Below are positions 39,080 to 53,050 of a stretch of DNA of 64,000 bases, piece after piece. This DNA comes from Carcharhinus longimanus (taxonomy: Eukaryota), in NCBI GenBank assembly GCA_030264375.1, contig JASCQW010000001.1, positions 107,131,757 through 107,195,756 of the forward strand, written 5' to 3'. The notes beneath the pieces are model-generated. The model did not search any database. It saw nothing but the letters and a program-made list of their open reading frames with translations, and had not been told where the DNA came from. Every line of letters begins with the position of its first letter. Position 1 is the stretch's first letter. The translations under genes and the position numbers were made by a program.

Positions 39080-39478
39080 GTCTGATGGAATGCTGCACTG
39101 TCAGGGAAGTAGCCTTTTGAATAAAAGTTATTTTCCAGCATTTTCTCTTCAGTTTCAGCTTCTGGATAAGATGTTAAATAAGATCTCTTCAGTCTCTCAG
39201 GTAGGTATAAAAGATAACATGGCATGATTTCATAGAAGGGTGGGGGGTGTTCTTCCTTGTGTTCAGAAGAATAATCATGCTTGACCAATATCACTGAAAC
39301 AGATTTTTCTGATCATTATTTCATTGCTGTTTGTGGAATCTTTTGAACAGACAAACTTGCTTCTGTGTTTCCTACATCTAAAAATGAATGCACTTCAAAA
39401 ATTGTTAATTGGCTGCAAAGCACTTTGAAGCATCTTGAAAGGATAAAAAGTGCTGCAAAAATGCAAGTATTTCTTTAA
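39080..39478 (+). mobile_element. DeuSINE-like (SacSINE1/AmnSINE-type) element
   Basis: aacagatttttctgatcattatttcattgctgtttgtggaatc…cacttcaaaa…attggctgcaaagcacttt…aaatgcaagtatttctt. Confidence 0.75.
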
Positions 39479-40352
39479 TTTTTACCCCACTGGAAAAGAA
39501 ATAAAGTGACTGAATAGGGGTGTTGCAAATCCACGAGAATCTTCATATTGCTCCCCGACATCGTTGACAGGCATAAGAACAGGTACCACATGTATTGCAA
39601 CACAACCCAGTTCAATCTCCCCACTGCAACAGTTATCAACATTCAGACTTGACAAACAAAATCCTTCAGCTTTGGGTCCTCCCACCGTCAATTCCAACTC
39701 CCTCATCAAACATCAGATTGATTGCAAACTCGATAAACTATTTGATCCTGAGCTGAGTTCCTGACCACATAATGCCTCCTTTAAAAGGTTCTACCGCTTG
39801 AATTTTCTGGCCCGGTGTCTTCCTTAAACTAAATGATGCTGAACTCCTCAGCCAGCCATGCTCTTGTCATCTCTAAATTGGATTATTTCAATGCTCTCTT
39901 GATTAGCCCTCCAGTCTTCACACTCCATAAAGATCAGTATTCTACAGCCCACATCTTAATATGCAACAAATTATGCTAATCTATCATCTTGCAATGCCTC
40001 AACTGTAAAAGTCTCTATATGATTAGAGGTTACTGTTATTGGTGAATGTAATGACAATGGTTTGCCAATATGAAAAGAGTCACTTAGAGTTATAAAGGGA
40101 ACGTTGGGACATTGCAGTATTTTTACATGAAAGCTGACAAGATTAAAGGATAAAAACAGTATTCAAGATCAGGGATGGTAACGGTAAAGAGCAACAGATC
40201 ATTTTCATGTGTTGGCAAAATGTTATGAGCAGGCACAAATGCAATATTAAATATGCAAATGTTAACATTAAGTGCACATTTTAAATGTGCTCTACTGTTC
40301 ACCTTGATGCTTGCTTTACCATGAACACAACTGTAAATGCGAGGCTGCTTAC

Positions 40353-40445
40353 CCCATGAACCTGCCCCTCATATTCACAGACATTATGGGTCCTCAAGGC
40401 ACATTCAGGGCAGCAATCATTTGGACTTATTTTGAAAACTTCACC
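40353..40445 (-). CDS. FRAS1: FRAS1 exon 4 equivalent (end VWC1/start VWC2), 93 nt
   Basis: ttctcattataag|GGT...GGG|gtaagc; GEVFKISPNDCCPECALRTHNVCEYEGQVHG. Confidence 0.93.
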
Positions 40446-43400
40446 CTTATAATGAGAAGAACAAAGCATGAGTTATAAAATATAATCCATATACCTAAGA
40501 TAGAATGCAGCTCCAGGAATATTTTTCACAATTAGAAGACAGTAGTTGTTTAACATTAATGGTATCTTCAGCAATAATTTTTAAGTTACTCCTTTTATGA
40601 AGATATAAACAAATTATCAACTACTTTTAAAGTAATGCTTTTATTACGTATTCTAGATAAATTTGCTGTTCCTAATAATCTAAGAGTACAGCATGCAGAG
40701 TAATATGTTTCCTAATACTTTCATCAGGATTTCAGCAAAACATAATGCCAGCCATATAAATGTGTGTCAATCAAGTATTAAATTACATTTCCTTTCCACC
40801 CAAAAGTAAATTGTGTCAACAGAGAGCTGTTGAGCATCTTACCAGAAGGATCTTACACTCATGATTAAAGGTCAACCGTTAGCGGTGCACATTGTGTGGT
40901 CAGTTTGAGGCAATAAATTACACAACTTGCGCCATACAACACTGAAGGAAATTGGCTTAAGTATAATTTTTTTGACCTCCTTGAGTGGTTTGACACCAAT
41001 ATATCAAATCAATCTGAGGACAGCAATCAAAACTTGCTCTGTTGTTTTCTAAAATGTTATGCCACTTGACACCAATTCAGGAAGGAGGCAGAACAAGAAC
41101 ACAATACTATCATTTAAAGGACTGCACACCACTGAAGGGCTGAATGGGTTCTTAACTAGAGAAGTGAAATGACCCCTACAGCAGAGGCAAAAAGTGAGCA
41201 TTTAATTTATCCAAGGCTGATGTGGAAGTGCTTTAGTCTCAGATTAAACAATAAAATGATGCCTGTTGGAGACCCAGGGAGCAAGTCATCACGAGCAGTG
41301 TAGAAGGAGATAATGACAGCTGTGAGCGGGACTTCAATAATTCCAAGGAACCCTTTATAGTGTCAGATGAAGTTTAACTCACAAAGTTAGTACAGTAAGA
41401 ATGTTGTCAGATAAATAACAGCACAGCTTCAAGAATAACAGATACTCTCTGGCACAATAGTCAACCAGTGCCTTTTCCCTTTAGGGTATGATAATGGCAC
41501 CATGTTCCCCTTCTCAGCAACAAAGTCACCGGACAGCACTCATGTCATTCTCTCACATTCCAGCATACTAGGCCCTTGCTCCCTTTCACCTATCATGATG
41601 ACCACCCATTTCCAAAACCCTGACTGATTGTGATTACAGGATCTGGGATCCTGCAATTAAATGCAGGAATGCCAGAAACTGTTAAAGCACAGAGGGAAAG
41701 TGCACAGGTCCAACATTAAAATCATATAAAGGAGAAACAACTGCAACCATTGGCTTTGGTGCCAAAACCCAGGATCTGTTTACGGGCTCAGGTTGAATGG
41801 CCACAATCTGGGTACTGAAATAGATCACTGAACTTAATAGGGTGAGTCAAACTGCAGTGGGGAATGATCTGTGATAGAATAAATTGAGTGCATAAAATAA
41901 CCAACTTATAAATGGGAAATTGCCTGAACTTATAAGAGGTAAATCAGTTTAATTTTGACAAGAAGGTGGTATTGGAAATAAAGCCTGTACTGAGTAAATG
42001 TTATCTGTGGTAATCCTCATGTTCACATGTAAAGTTTGTTGATTCAATGTATGTAAATGCTAATATGTTGGGAGTTAATCTTTCTGAAAAGCTCAGGGCT
42101 CTGGAGAGTGTCAATGACTACAACAGATGACAGGAGTTTTTCTAGTAGTTATTATAAGAGTTAAAATGCTCAAAGGGGAAAAAATGAACCATTTGTGTAA
42201 ATTATGTTATTCATAAATAAATTGATAAAATAGACAGAATGATGGAAGAGTTTACATTGTGTTAATTGGGTCAAAGACAAACATAGCATGTGTGTACCAG
42301 GTGATAGATTGAGCTGTGACTATGCAAGTTTAAATCTAAAAATGGTAACTGTGACAAAAATGTGCTTATTATTCAAAATTGGATCATTTTTAAATGACGA
42401 ATATTTTGGAGAGTTAAACCCACCTCTTCAGCACTTTTTGGGTGCATGACCCTCCAAAATCCAAATTTGAATGTTATTTCCTTTTGTATTTGTATCAATG
42501 ATTTATTATTGTCCTGTGCATAATTCTGAACCTAAAATGATGTTTAGAATATGTCATTATTTGTATTTGTAGCATATTGTTGTCTGTAACTTCTGGAATA
42601 TCAATATGCTGCGGGGATGTATTATTACTGTGCATGCCAATGTCTGAGCCTTGCTTGACTATTGGGTGACTGGGGATTTCCTGACAGACACTGGTCCTGA
42701 GTTTGTGATCTGTCATGCTTCGCGTTCAGGATGGAAGGGAGATATGTGAACTGAACCTCCAATGTCTACAGACATGGCCGATACTCAGAGATGGGTGTGG
42801 CAGCACCTGACTGGACTCTTATCGATGAGGGGGATGAAGTCCTGATTGATNNNNNNNNNNNNNNNNNNNNNNNNNNNNNNNNNNNNNNNNNNNNNNNNNN
42901 NNNNNNNNNNNNNNNNNNNNNNNNNNNNNNNNNNNNNNNNNNNNNNNNNNTCCATTGTAAGGAACCAGTTTCTCCCAAAATTCTGGAATAAGATGCCAGA
43001 GTTTTGTAATAAAAACCACTGTATTTTCACTCACTGTCTCAGAGGTATTATTTTACCTACAACAGCTTCACCTCTAGTCAGGCAGTTGGGAATGGGGATG
43101 TGGGAGCCCTAGTGCATACCTTTATTCATTTCACATTTCTGTGCATGTTTCAAGCTTCCACCACCTGCTATATAGTTGATGATTAAAATAAAATGTGGCT
43201 TTAGTGGAACAAAGTTAACAGTCCTGTCTTTTTCTCCAGAGAATGCAAGCCAGGAAGCAACCATGAAAAGCAAAATATTACAGTCTTTTCCGTGCAGCAT
43301 TCTCAATTACTCAAGGATCATTCAACCACAATTAATGCCACGATTTTAATTTGGGACAACACTAGGAGGCAGGTTCCAAGTCTATCTCAGCTAGAACAGG

Positions 43401-45184
43401 GCTCAAGTCTTATGCTGTCGACATTATTCTGAACCACACGCTATCTACCTAACCAACTGGGCTAATCAGCACCTGTACTTTTCTCTATCTCTCGCAAGTT
43501 ATTGGCCATTCACACACCCTGGGCTAGATTTAATGGCAGCAGTGGTGACTCCATCCAATGGCCAGAAAGATGTTTGAGGAAGGCACAACAAAATTCATGC
43601 CCATTAGGTAATTAACTATTTGGCATTCAGGCTTCCATCCCTTTAAGTGTGAAGATTCCAAAGGCTTCAAAAACTGCCAGCCAATCAGGTGGCCAACAAT
43701 TCTTCAGTCCTAAAAGCAGTGCCACATCTGGTACTGCAGCAAACCCAGACTAGCAATATGGAGGAAAGCTGGCAAGCAAGGTTAAATGGGTCAGGCTCAC
43801 CAGGACCAACCAGTGTTTTGCAACACGCATCTGAGATGTCAGATCCTCAAGATAGCAGCTGGAAGGAGCGTCAGACTATAGCAGGAAATGCTTGTGAACA
43901 CAAAATGTGAACATCAACAAAGTGAATATTTCTATAAATAGCTGCAATTAAATCAATGAAATACTTGATGGAAAGATACTTGGAAAGGTGCTTGGTTCTC
44001 CTGTAAGAAAATGGAGAACTGGTAATGTGCCAATTTTGTGGCTAAGAACTAGGATGTCATGGTTAACTGTGAGGAACAAGGATTTTATTCCGACCACTGG
44101 GAGATTATTGAGAAGTTGCAGCTCTTTGATGGGCTGAGACTTCCGGGTAAACACGAATCTGATTCTTTCTGTCGCTGAATTAGATTATCAGCATTACCAA
44201 TATTGGGCTCTGACATTTCCAGCATATTTACGATCAGAACATTCTGACTTGTAAAAAATAGGAAGCACAAAACATACTGGCACAAATTGTCAGACAGCAC
44301 TAAGTGCATCCAAAAAAGCACCCCAACAGTTTGCTCAATTCGTGACTGTATCTGTATGCATGCTTTATTATAGGGCTTTTCTTCAATACTAGGGACCTTA
44401 AAAGTAAGGCACCATAGGCAATCATCATGAGTATCCCTCATCACCCAACAGCCAGGCTCTTGAAATAGTGCTGAGACACTTGACGAACATAGGATAGAAG
44501 CATCACAACAGCTTCCAGCGTGCTGTGAATTCACATGAAAGAAGTTTTATGTGACATTACAGGTGGTCTGCACACTTAGAGGTTCATATAAATAAGAGAA
44601 TTTTGGGCCACAATGTCAAATTGATGCAACTAATAACTTCCACAACTCTGGAGAGCCCGTAATTTCAAAAATTTGTTTTGTCCTTTAAATTATTTCCATG
44701 ACTTCTGTTGTAGTAATGTTTACAAATCTGGATGTCTCTATTGTCTACATCAATATCCAGATTCTTATTGTATACAGAGAACAGAAATCTGTGCAACATT
44801 ATTATCTAGTTTTAACCATTCTGAACTGTTACTGAGGTATGCAGGATAAAAACTGATATGGAAGGGGCCATCTGGAATAGTACATGAAGATAAACAGTGA
44901 GAGATTGCAAATGGACACGGTTCAGACAAGTAAAAGGTAAACTTGTGGACAGTATGAGGGGTTTCTTCTTCACTGAGACTGAGCAACACTTGGAATAAAC
45001 TGCGGACAGAGTAGTGCAAGAAACGAAACACAAGATTGTTTAAGAAATAATCAGATTCAGTCATGGGAGATTGTGTCTAGAAACACATGAGGCAGGTGAA
45101 AGACATGCTTATATCATCTGTTTCTGTAGCTGGTCTTTCTTGGAACAGATTGCTAGCCTGAAGTCAGAAGCTATAGCTTGAGGG

Positions 45185-45432
45185 ACATAAGAACATAAGA
45201 AATAGGAGCAGGAGTAAGCCATCTGGCCCTTCGAGCCTGCCCCGCCATTCAATAAGATCATNNNNNNNNNNNNNNNNNNNNNNNNNNNNNNNNNNNNNNN
45301 NNNNNNNNNNNNNNNNNNNNNNNNNNNNNNNNNNNNNNNNNNNNNNNNNNNNNNNNNNNNNAGAACTCCAGTAAATTTGTCAGACACGACTTCCCTTTAA
45401 TGAAACCGTGCTGCGTCTGCTCTATCAAGCAA
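45185..45432 (-). mobile_element. CR1 LINE collapsed across an N gap, inserted in a SINE
   Basis: acataagaacataagaaataggagcagg tail left of the gap; QHGFIKGKSCLTNLLEF right of the gap. Confidence 0.8.
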
Positions 45433-46872
45433 TTCCACTCCACATCCAGCATAGCTGATCAGGGGACTCTCCTACTCATATTGCTTGCCACTGGTGTATT
45501 GGAAGAGTTTGCAGGTTGGCAATCAACTGGTTTGGCCAAATTATGAATGTGCCTTCAGTGGCTGAAATTTCCTAGCATGAGTTTCAAACTTGGATCTTCT
45601 CGCTCAGAGGCAAGAATACCACCCACATTGCCACAAGACACTGCGGCATTGCTTTGGATTGATAAATTAACATGGTCCAAATGGTCAGGATCTTATGATA
45701 TAAAATAGGAAGTGCACAGGCAACTCCTTGTTCTCTTTGCATTTTCACAAGAAAAATAAAATATATATCTGTCAACTATGCCTTATTCTCAATACCACAC
45801 ATGAAGACCTCAAATCTCTATTTTTCAAGTGTGTGGGTGGTGACACATTGTTTCTTACTTCGCCTCAAGGCACTGATTCAGTTCACTGGGTTGGCAGCTT
45901 CACTCTGCTGAATAAACATTAGTTTCTTGCCAGCATAGATTTTCACTTTCGTGCAGGAAATTCCATGCAGGTGAGTGAACGGCATGGCCCAAACACTGCA
46001 TTCGTTTAATCCATGTTGGACAAGCAGTTCCAATCGAAAAATTCTGTGACCGTTGCCACAACCTTGTCTCATGTGGAATAACCATGACTGGCAAGACTCT
46101 GTTGTGGATTTTTATCCACTATCCTGCTTAAAATTTATGTCAAAATGCTAGTTTTCCTTCCAGGTGACAATGGCAATTTGCATAGGGCCAAGTCAGAGGA
46201 AGCTCCCTCATCAGTAAACATGGTGTCTGACAGAGTGAGTGGTGATCGGAAGGTGGGGTGTGCGCAGTGAGGCTGGGAGAGGAGATGGTGAGGGGTGAGG
46301 GTAGGGGCCATTCCAAAACTGAGAAATTCTTTAGCTCCTTCCTGCCTATCATCCAGGAATTTGGACACCACAGAAGAACCCACCTTATACATCAGCTTTA
46401 AGATGAAAGAATTGCCCTACCTGGAGTCTTGGCCTGGATCTTCAACTGGGCTCCCCTTAAAATTGCAGACACTACCCTGATAGATCAATCTTTAGCACCA
46501 GTAACCCAACTGAGTTCCTACGCAGCTCACTGGCAGCAGATTGCACATCCATTTTGTCCAGCCGGTGTCCAGGATGTAACTAAAAGACCACTGGCAACCA
46601 AAGTTCTGATAACAAAGTGCCCCTGCCATGATCTCGGTTATGTTAAGAGTGGAGATCAATGGCTCCTGCTCCTTTTCCTTAGGGGTGTAAATTTTCAGTT
46701 CTCAACAGACATAAATGATTGTAAGTGAAACACAATTATTCAGGTATACTATACATTTTCAATGATCTTATAAACCTGCAAAACATAGTCCATGAACTAA
46801 CGTCTTTAAACTAGATTCACATTACTCACCTTCCATGTCAAAGGTATTAACAATACATAACTACATAATTAC

Positions 46873-46980
46873 CTTCTGAAAATCACACTGAGGATTTTGA
46901 CACTGGGTAACCGTGCAGAGGACAATATCACTGTGGCAGCTGCAATCTTGGCAAGAGTCTGGCTTCCAAACAGTATTATT
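46873..46980 (-). CDS. FRAS1: FRAS1 exon 3 equivalent (VWC1), 108 nt, phase 0-0
   Basis: ttttctacag|AAT...AAG|gtaatt; NNTVWKPDSCQDCSCHSDIVLCTVTQCQNPQCDFQK, compare human DATIWKPDSCQSCRCHGDIVICKPAVCRNPQCAFEK. Confidence 0.95.
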
Positions 46981-49473
46981 CTGTAGAAAAGGGCAGAAAA
47001 GATAGACATTCAAGACATGTCAATATTCCCAGATTGAATTCTACAGTTTTGACTACTTTGTGGATTTAGATTTCATCAAGCTCACCACACTCTACACATT
47101 TGACAGTCGGCATTTTGGGAGCCAGTCCATACATGCACAAAGAGGACCAAGCAATTCTCTCATGAATGCCACTTCTGCCCTACTGCTTACGTGGTTTTAA
47201 GTGATTCCATCTCTGCAGATTGTCAGCAGACATTCTTGAAAAACACTAATTCTCACCATGGTCATTTCAGAAGCTCAGAGAAACAATAGAGCACAAAGGC
47301 GAGGTGGAAGAGGGATGAGAAGGGTAATGGGAATGGGAGGGGCAAAGTCAAAAGAGAGAACCTAGGAATGACTCCTTTGTAGTGACGAGGGGAGAATCAG
47401 GAAGAACTATTTAAAAGGAGAAATGAAAGGCAAAATAAGAGCAGCAACATGGGAAGGAAAATGCAAGGGTGAGGGGAATTGAAAACAATCAGGGACCAAA
47501 ATGATTTACGAGATTGGAAAGACAGTGTGAAAAATAAAAAATTACATTTGGTGAGACTAGGAAAGGAGCATGAATGTTCTATAAATTTAATGGTGTAAAT
47601 CTACAGGATTTTGTGTGTTGTAAATTCACAAGATTTTGGGTATTCGTTGGGCTGATTACTGTAACCAGTACACAGCAAATGTCAGTGGTTAAAAATAATG
47701 CAAGTATAATCCTGAGATGGACGGAGAACAATCATAAGATGCGATATTGAGACAACGACTGGTGTGCCCTCATTTAAACCACTGCATGCATTTCTAGTCA
47801 CTTTATTACAAGGTGGACATTATGATTCTGGAAACGATGCACAAAAGAGCTACACATCTGACACTTGGCATTACACACACTCGATTCTACTAATCGCCTA
47901 CTATAATTTCCACAGAAACCCCAGAGAAGCGCCATCTACACCGTTTCTTCAAAGTCTGCAATAAAGTTATTGGAATATCCACTACGGAAATTCCAGCTAA
48001 AGAAACGATGCAAGACTGAAAAGCAACCTTACTGTGGTATTCAAGATCCTTAAGAATAATGTTGTCAAAACTTCTAATTTCTTCACCCATGGGTTTTAGG
48101 AATAATTATTTTAGGTTGATGTGAGAAGATACTGAATCAACTGAGTGATACATTGACTTTTAAAACCAAGCTACAAATGTGCAATAGTCCACCTACTGCA
48201 GACACAAGCCACAAACATAAATTGCTGACATAAATTGCCGAGGTGGGTACAGCCAATCAGAAGGTTGTAATTCAGTGTTGCTGAGCCAATGGGGGACAAA
48301 GAAGGGTTAGGGTTATGGTGAAGGTTAGGGTTACCAAAAAAAAAATGTAAATAAGGCTCGACTTTTCAGAGCAAGCACTCTCACCTTTTTGAATGTTTTA
48401 TCTTGTTTGAAGCAATAAAATTCGATCCGAACTTACTGCCAGACTTTGTCTCTTATTGAAAATATGAGAACCCAACAGTTGATGATTGAAGTTTTAAATA
48501 TAAGATAATGGAAGCACTTAGGTTCCGGAGGCTGGTAAACAAATTTAAAATAATTGCAAAAAAGGATGGCCTGTTTTTGTTTAACAAGGTCAGAGCTGCA
48601 AGTGGTAAAATAGTGAACAATGAGTGAGCACTTTCTGAGACTTGTGGAGATGTTAAAATAAACACAGTCCTCCTCATAAAGGAGTTAAGTTATTTGTATG
48701 ATTTCCCACTACAAGGCCAAGTTTGGGAACATGAGATAATGAGTTCGAACGTTTTATTCTATTTTGAACAATCTGCAACATTTGGGTGATTGCTGTTATA
48801 AAAATGTTAGGGTGGAGGGGTAAAGAGCTGTATGACATCTCTGCAATAAACTGCTTTTTCTTTGCACTGTATTACTTTTTGGATACAGGGAATTTTCTTT
48901 GTATTTTGGATTAATCCCAATAAAATTGATCTTATATGTACAAAAAAAATCTCTATCTGGGTCATCACAGTGGTACCATGTTGCTGAGGAGATAAATTGC
49001 TGGGAGGTGTTTTTCTTGGTTTGGGGTTTAATCTAGCTGTTTTCTCATTGGCAGTTGCAGTCAGAAACTGGTAGCAACTTTGAAAAACAGAGAGAGAAAT
49101 CTGCCAGGTGCTGTAGACAAGAAGCAATGGACAATAAGAATTCAGGATGTTTTTTGATTTTGGAATCACTGGGCATGACTGCAGCAATGCCTATATCTGA
49201 GCTGAGGTGTCCATAATCATGAGGTGCTTAAGGAGAATTGAAAATTCACCTAACTTGATGCTAATGGAAACACCTCAAGAAGCATCATACCTAGGGGAAT
49301 AGCGAGAACAAGGAAGGAAATCAAAGTGAATCCCTAAGTGATGTACAAAACTGGTTTGGTCCCAGGAAAAGTGAAGAAGTCCTCAACATTCTGTAAAACA
49401 CAGGGTAACTATAGGGTGGAAATAAAAGTAGAACACAAAGTGGTCTGTCAAGATTTTTGGGTTTAAAATCGAA

Positions 49474-50105
49474 GGCCTCGATTTTACCATCAAGTTGCAC
49501 CTATTTTTGGGCATGAAAAATTGGTAAAATCAGGCATGAGGCGAGTGGTGCAATCCGCACCCGCCTCTGTGCCGGTTCCCCCTTTATCAAGGCCCAAAAA
49601 CGGCTGCATGCATTTAAATTGACTTAATGGGCTGCACGTCCAACTTTACCAGCACTTCCCCCTTTGTCACTGTGTTCGCCCATCCAGAATTGGCACAAAA
49701 CAGACATGCCACATCTAATGTCACTCTGCCTGAGACTGGGGGAGAGGGGGAAGAGAGCTCCACTGCCACTGTGCCTGAGATCGGTGAGGGGAAAAAGGGA
49801 GAGGAGAGGACCAATAATGCTGTGGGGATGGGGCAATGTGTGGGGGCGAGGGGGAGGCATTACCTAGCCTAGGAAGGATGTGGCAGAGGAGCAGCATTCT
49901 ATCTTTTTTTTTCTGCCCATGCGCAGTTGTTTCAGATTCATTAAGCCCCGCCTACAGGCTTGTGCAGCGTGATTCAGACTCGCTGCTATTTTTGCAGGCA
50001 GAGTGTGTATGGGGGTGCCGTAGAATGGGTCCAGAAGTCAGATCTGAAACACTCCCAGTTTCAAAACTGCCTAGCACTTAGAACCAAAATTGTAAAATAG
50101 GGCCC
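49474..50105. mobile_element. GG...CC-ended MITE, ~630 bp
   Basis: ggcctcgattttacc…tgtaaaatagggccc inverted ends; internal copy tggtaaaatcaggc near 49522. Confidence 0.65.
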
Positions 50106-50189
50106 AAAGCGTCTACAAAGGGATTTAGATAGCTGAAGTAAAAAAATTGACAGATGAAGTAATGTACTTTGGCAGGGAGGATAGAAAAG

Positions 50190-52660
50190 CAGCATATGAG
50201 CGAGAATAGGCAATTCAGCTCTTCAAGCCTGCTCCGTCATTCCATATGATCACAGTTGATCTCCATCTGATCCAAACTCCACTTCCCAATAGTCCTTTAT
50301 CCCGCTTTTGATTGGATTTTATCTAACTCTTTCTTGTATCCATTGGTTGATTCTGCAAACATTGCCGTCTGGGGGTGAGTTCCATAGATTCACAATCCTT
50401 TGTGAGAAGTAGCTTTCCCTTAACGCTGTCTTAAACCTCCCTCCCCACTTACTCCACAATATGGCCTCTTGTCCTGGACTGTTCTGGAAAGGGGAACATT
50501 TGGTTAACATTTACTTTATCAATCCAGTTGCCCTTTGCCCTTTTATTTTCCAGCCAAAATGGATAACCTCGCATTTATCCACATTAAGCTCCATCTGCCA
50601 GATTCTGGCCGATTCCCCAAGCCTGCCAATATTCATTTGTAAACTTTTTATCACCTCATCACAGCCTGCTTTTACATTTATTTTCATGTCATCAGCAAAT
50701 TTTGCTATGTTACCTGTCATTGCTTTTAAATCATTGATATAGATTGTAAATAGTTGTGGTCTGAGAACTGAACCATGTGGGGCCCCACTAATTAGAGACC
50801 GCCAACTGGAGAAGAACTCATTTATCCCAACCCTCTGCTTTCTACCAGTCAGCTAATCCACACTCCGAGCCACTAATGTACCCCCAACCCCTGGTGATCT
50901 CACCTTCTGGATCAGTCTTGTGTGGCATCTTATCAAATGCCTTCTGAAAGTCCAGGTAGATCACCTTCGCAGGATCCCTATTCTCTACTTTGCTGGTTAC
51001 ACCCTCAAAGAACTCCAGCAGGTTTGTCAAACAAGACTTGCCCTTCATAAAATCATGCTGACATTGATGAGTTGAGCTTTGCTTTTCCAGATGTTCCTTA
51101 ATGAGTAACTCCAGCAACTTTCCCACCATTGAGGTCAAGGCGACTGGTCTATTGTTTCCCACTTCTTGCCTCTCTCCTTTCTTGAATAAGGGCGTCACAT
51201 TAGCATGTTTCAGGTCTACGATACCTTTCCAGAATCCAGAGAATTTTGGAATATCATAACTAATGCATCCACTATCTCTGCGGTCACTTCCTTGAACACC
51301 CTAGGGCCATCAAGTCCCGAGGACTTATCTATTTTTAAACCTTTTAGTTTACTAAGTACCTGCTCTCTGGTTATAGTAATTTCACCAAGTTCCACTATTA
51401 ACTGCAGTTTTGGGATAGAATTATTATGTTCCACTGTGAAGACAGAGACAAAGTATTCGTTTGGTGCCTCTGCCATCTCCAAGTTTCCCATTATTACCGC
51501 ATCATTTCCATCCTCTAAAGAGCCAACATCTACTATCACTATTCTCTTCCTCTTAAAATACTTATAGAAACCTTTGGTGTCCATGTTTATGTTTTCAGCT
51601 AGCTTTCTTTCAGAGTCCATTTTAGCATTTTTGATATTGTATATAGCTACCTTTTGTTGGCGTTTGAAGTTCTCCCAATCCTCTATGTTGCCACTAACTT
51701 TGGCAGTATTGCATGCTCTTGTCTTTTTTTCCCTCATGTTATCCTTGATTTCCTTATTAAGCTAATTAAGGATGATTTTTCACCCTTTTGGCAATTCCTC
51801 TTTCTCTCAGGAATGTACCTTAGTTTGGATATCTTTAATATCTCCCTCAACAACTGCCATTTTTCTTCTACAGTCCTTCCCTTTCATATTCTTGCCCAAT
51901 CCACTTGGGCCAATTCTTTCTTGAGGCTTGTGTAATTACCCTTGCTTAACGTTAAGACTTGAGTAGGTGATTCTGTTCTCTCACTTCCAATCTGAATTTG
52001 AAACTCTAACATGCTGTGATCACTCTAAGTGGATCCTTAACTACAAGGCCATTAATCAATCCTTCCTCATTAGATAATATCAGGTCTAAAGTAGCCAGCT
52101 CTCTGGTTGGCTCCATAACATGCTGCTCTAAGAAACAGTCCTTCGTACACTCTATGAACCCTGTCCTCATGGCTATCCTTGCCAGGTTGGTTTATCCAGA
52201 CAGTATACATTTTAAAGTCACCCATAATTACCATTGTGCCTATTTCACAAGACCTCCTCATTTCCTGACTTATGCTATGTCCTACTTCAAAAGGACTGTT
52301 CGGGGACCTGTAAATTACTCCTGCAATATTTTTCTTTCCTTGCGTCTTATTTCTACCCAGACTGACTCATCATTTTGGTCTCCGGTACAATATCATTTCT
52401 GAATACAACTTTGATGTCATCCTTAACCAACAGAGCAACTCTACCTCCTATTCTGTCCTTCCAGAATACTGAATATCCCTGGACATTCAACACCCAGTCT
52501 GATTCTCTTGTAGCCATGTTTCAGTAATCCCCACAGGTCATACCCATTTGCCACTATTTGTGCTGTCACCTCATCAACTTTGTTTTGAATACTGGGTGTA
52601 TTTAGATATAAGGTCTTTAAATAAGTCTGATTGATTTGTCTTTCTTTCTCTCCATCCTTA
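50190..52660 (-). mobile_element. CR1 LINE ORF2 remnant (endonuclease plus RT plus tail), frameshifted with internal deletions
   Basis: ORFs 52070..52261 (VIMGDF), 51216..51737, 50842..51198 (RPVALTS, SCLTNLLEFFE, YLDFQKAFD), 50511..50720 (KFADD), 50319..50510. Confidence 0.92.
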
Positions 52661-52856
52661 TTTGTTAATGCCTGATAACATCAAGCCTTTTCTCTAATAC
52701 TTACTCCAGATTTCAGTATACATTTTGGCTTTTTTATATTTCCTCCTTCCTACAACATCGTTTTTCAACTGACTATTTAATCCGTTGACTTCCACCTTCT
52801 GCTCAATTGCTGTCATGCCCCTTTGGATCCCAGCCAAACATGAAACGTTGTAGCAT

Positions 52857-53050
52857 CCAAAGATGTGCAGGTTAGGTTGATTGGCCATGGTAAATTGTCC
52901 CTTAGCGGCCCAAGATTTATAAGGTAGAGGAATTAGTGGGGTAAACATGAAGGGTCACAGGGATAGGGTCTGGATAAGATGATCTGCTGGAGAATTGGTG
53001 TAGACTCAATGGGAGAATGGCCTCTGTCTGCACTGTAGGAATTCTATGAT
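52857..53050 (+). mobile_element. HE1-like SINE, 3' half
   Basis: ccaaagatgtgcaggttaggttgattggccatg…ctgcactgtaggaattctatgat. Confidence 0.8.

Larger units (their letters stand above)
1581..46980 (-). other. FRAS1: FRAS1 gene, partial span (12 internal coding exons, equivalent to human exons 3-14); gene continues beyond the last and first exons seen
   Basis: Twelve GT-AG exons of 108, 93, 160, 134, 84, 102, 192, 90, 39, 148, 144 and 135 nt splice in frame with no stop. The peptide is VWC repeats then furin-like repeats, collinear with the human FRAS1 N-terminus as recalled (e.g. WKPDSCQ, CPVGTLAxEVKG, CHxDCLTC). Confidence 0.95.

Noticed and set aside
44085-44534. 149-aa Cys-containing minus-strand ORF between exons 3 and 4
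   Set aside because: No VWC cysteine spacing or other domain; exons 3 and 4 already join to give a complete VWC1
48303-48333. Telomere-like ggttagggtta repeats
   Set aside because: Only a few degenerate units; not distinguishable from simple sequence
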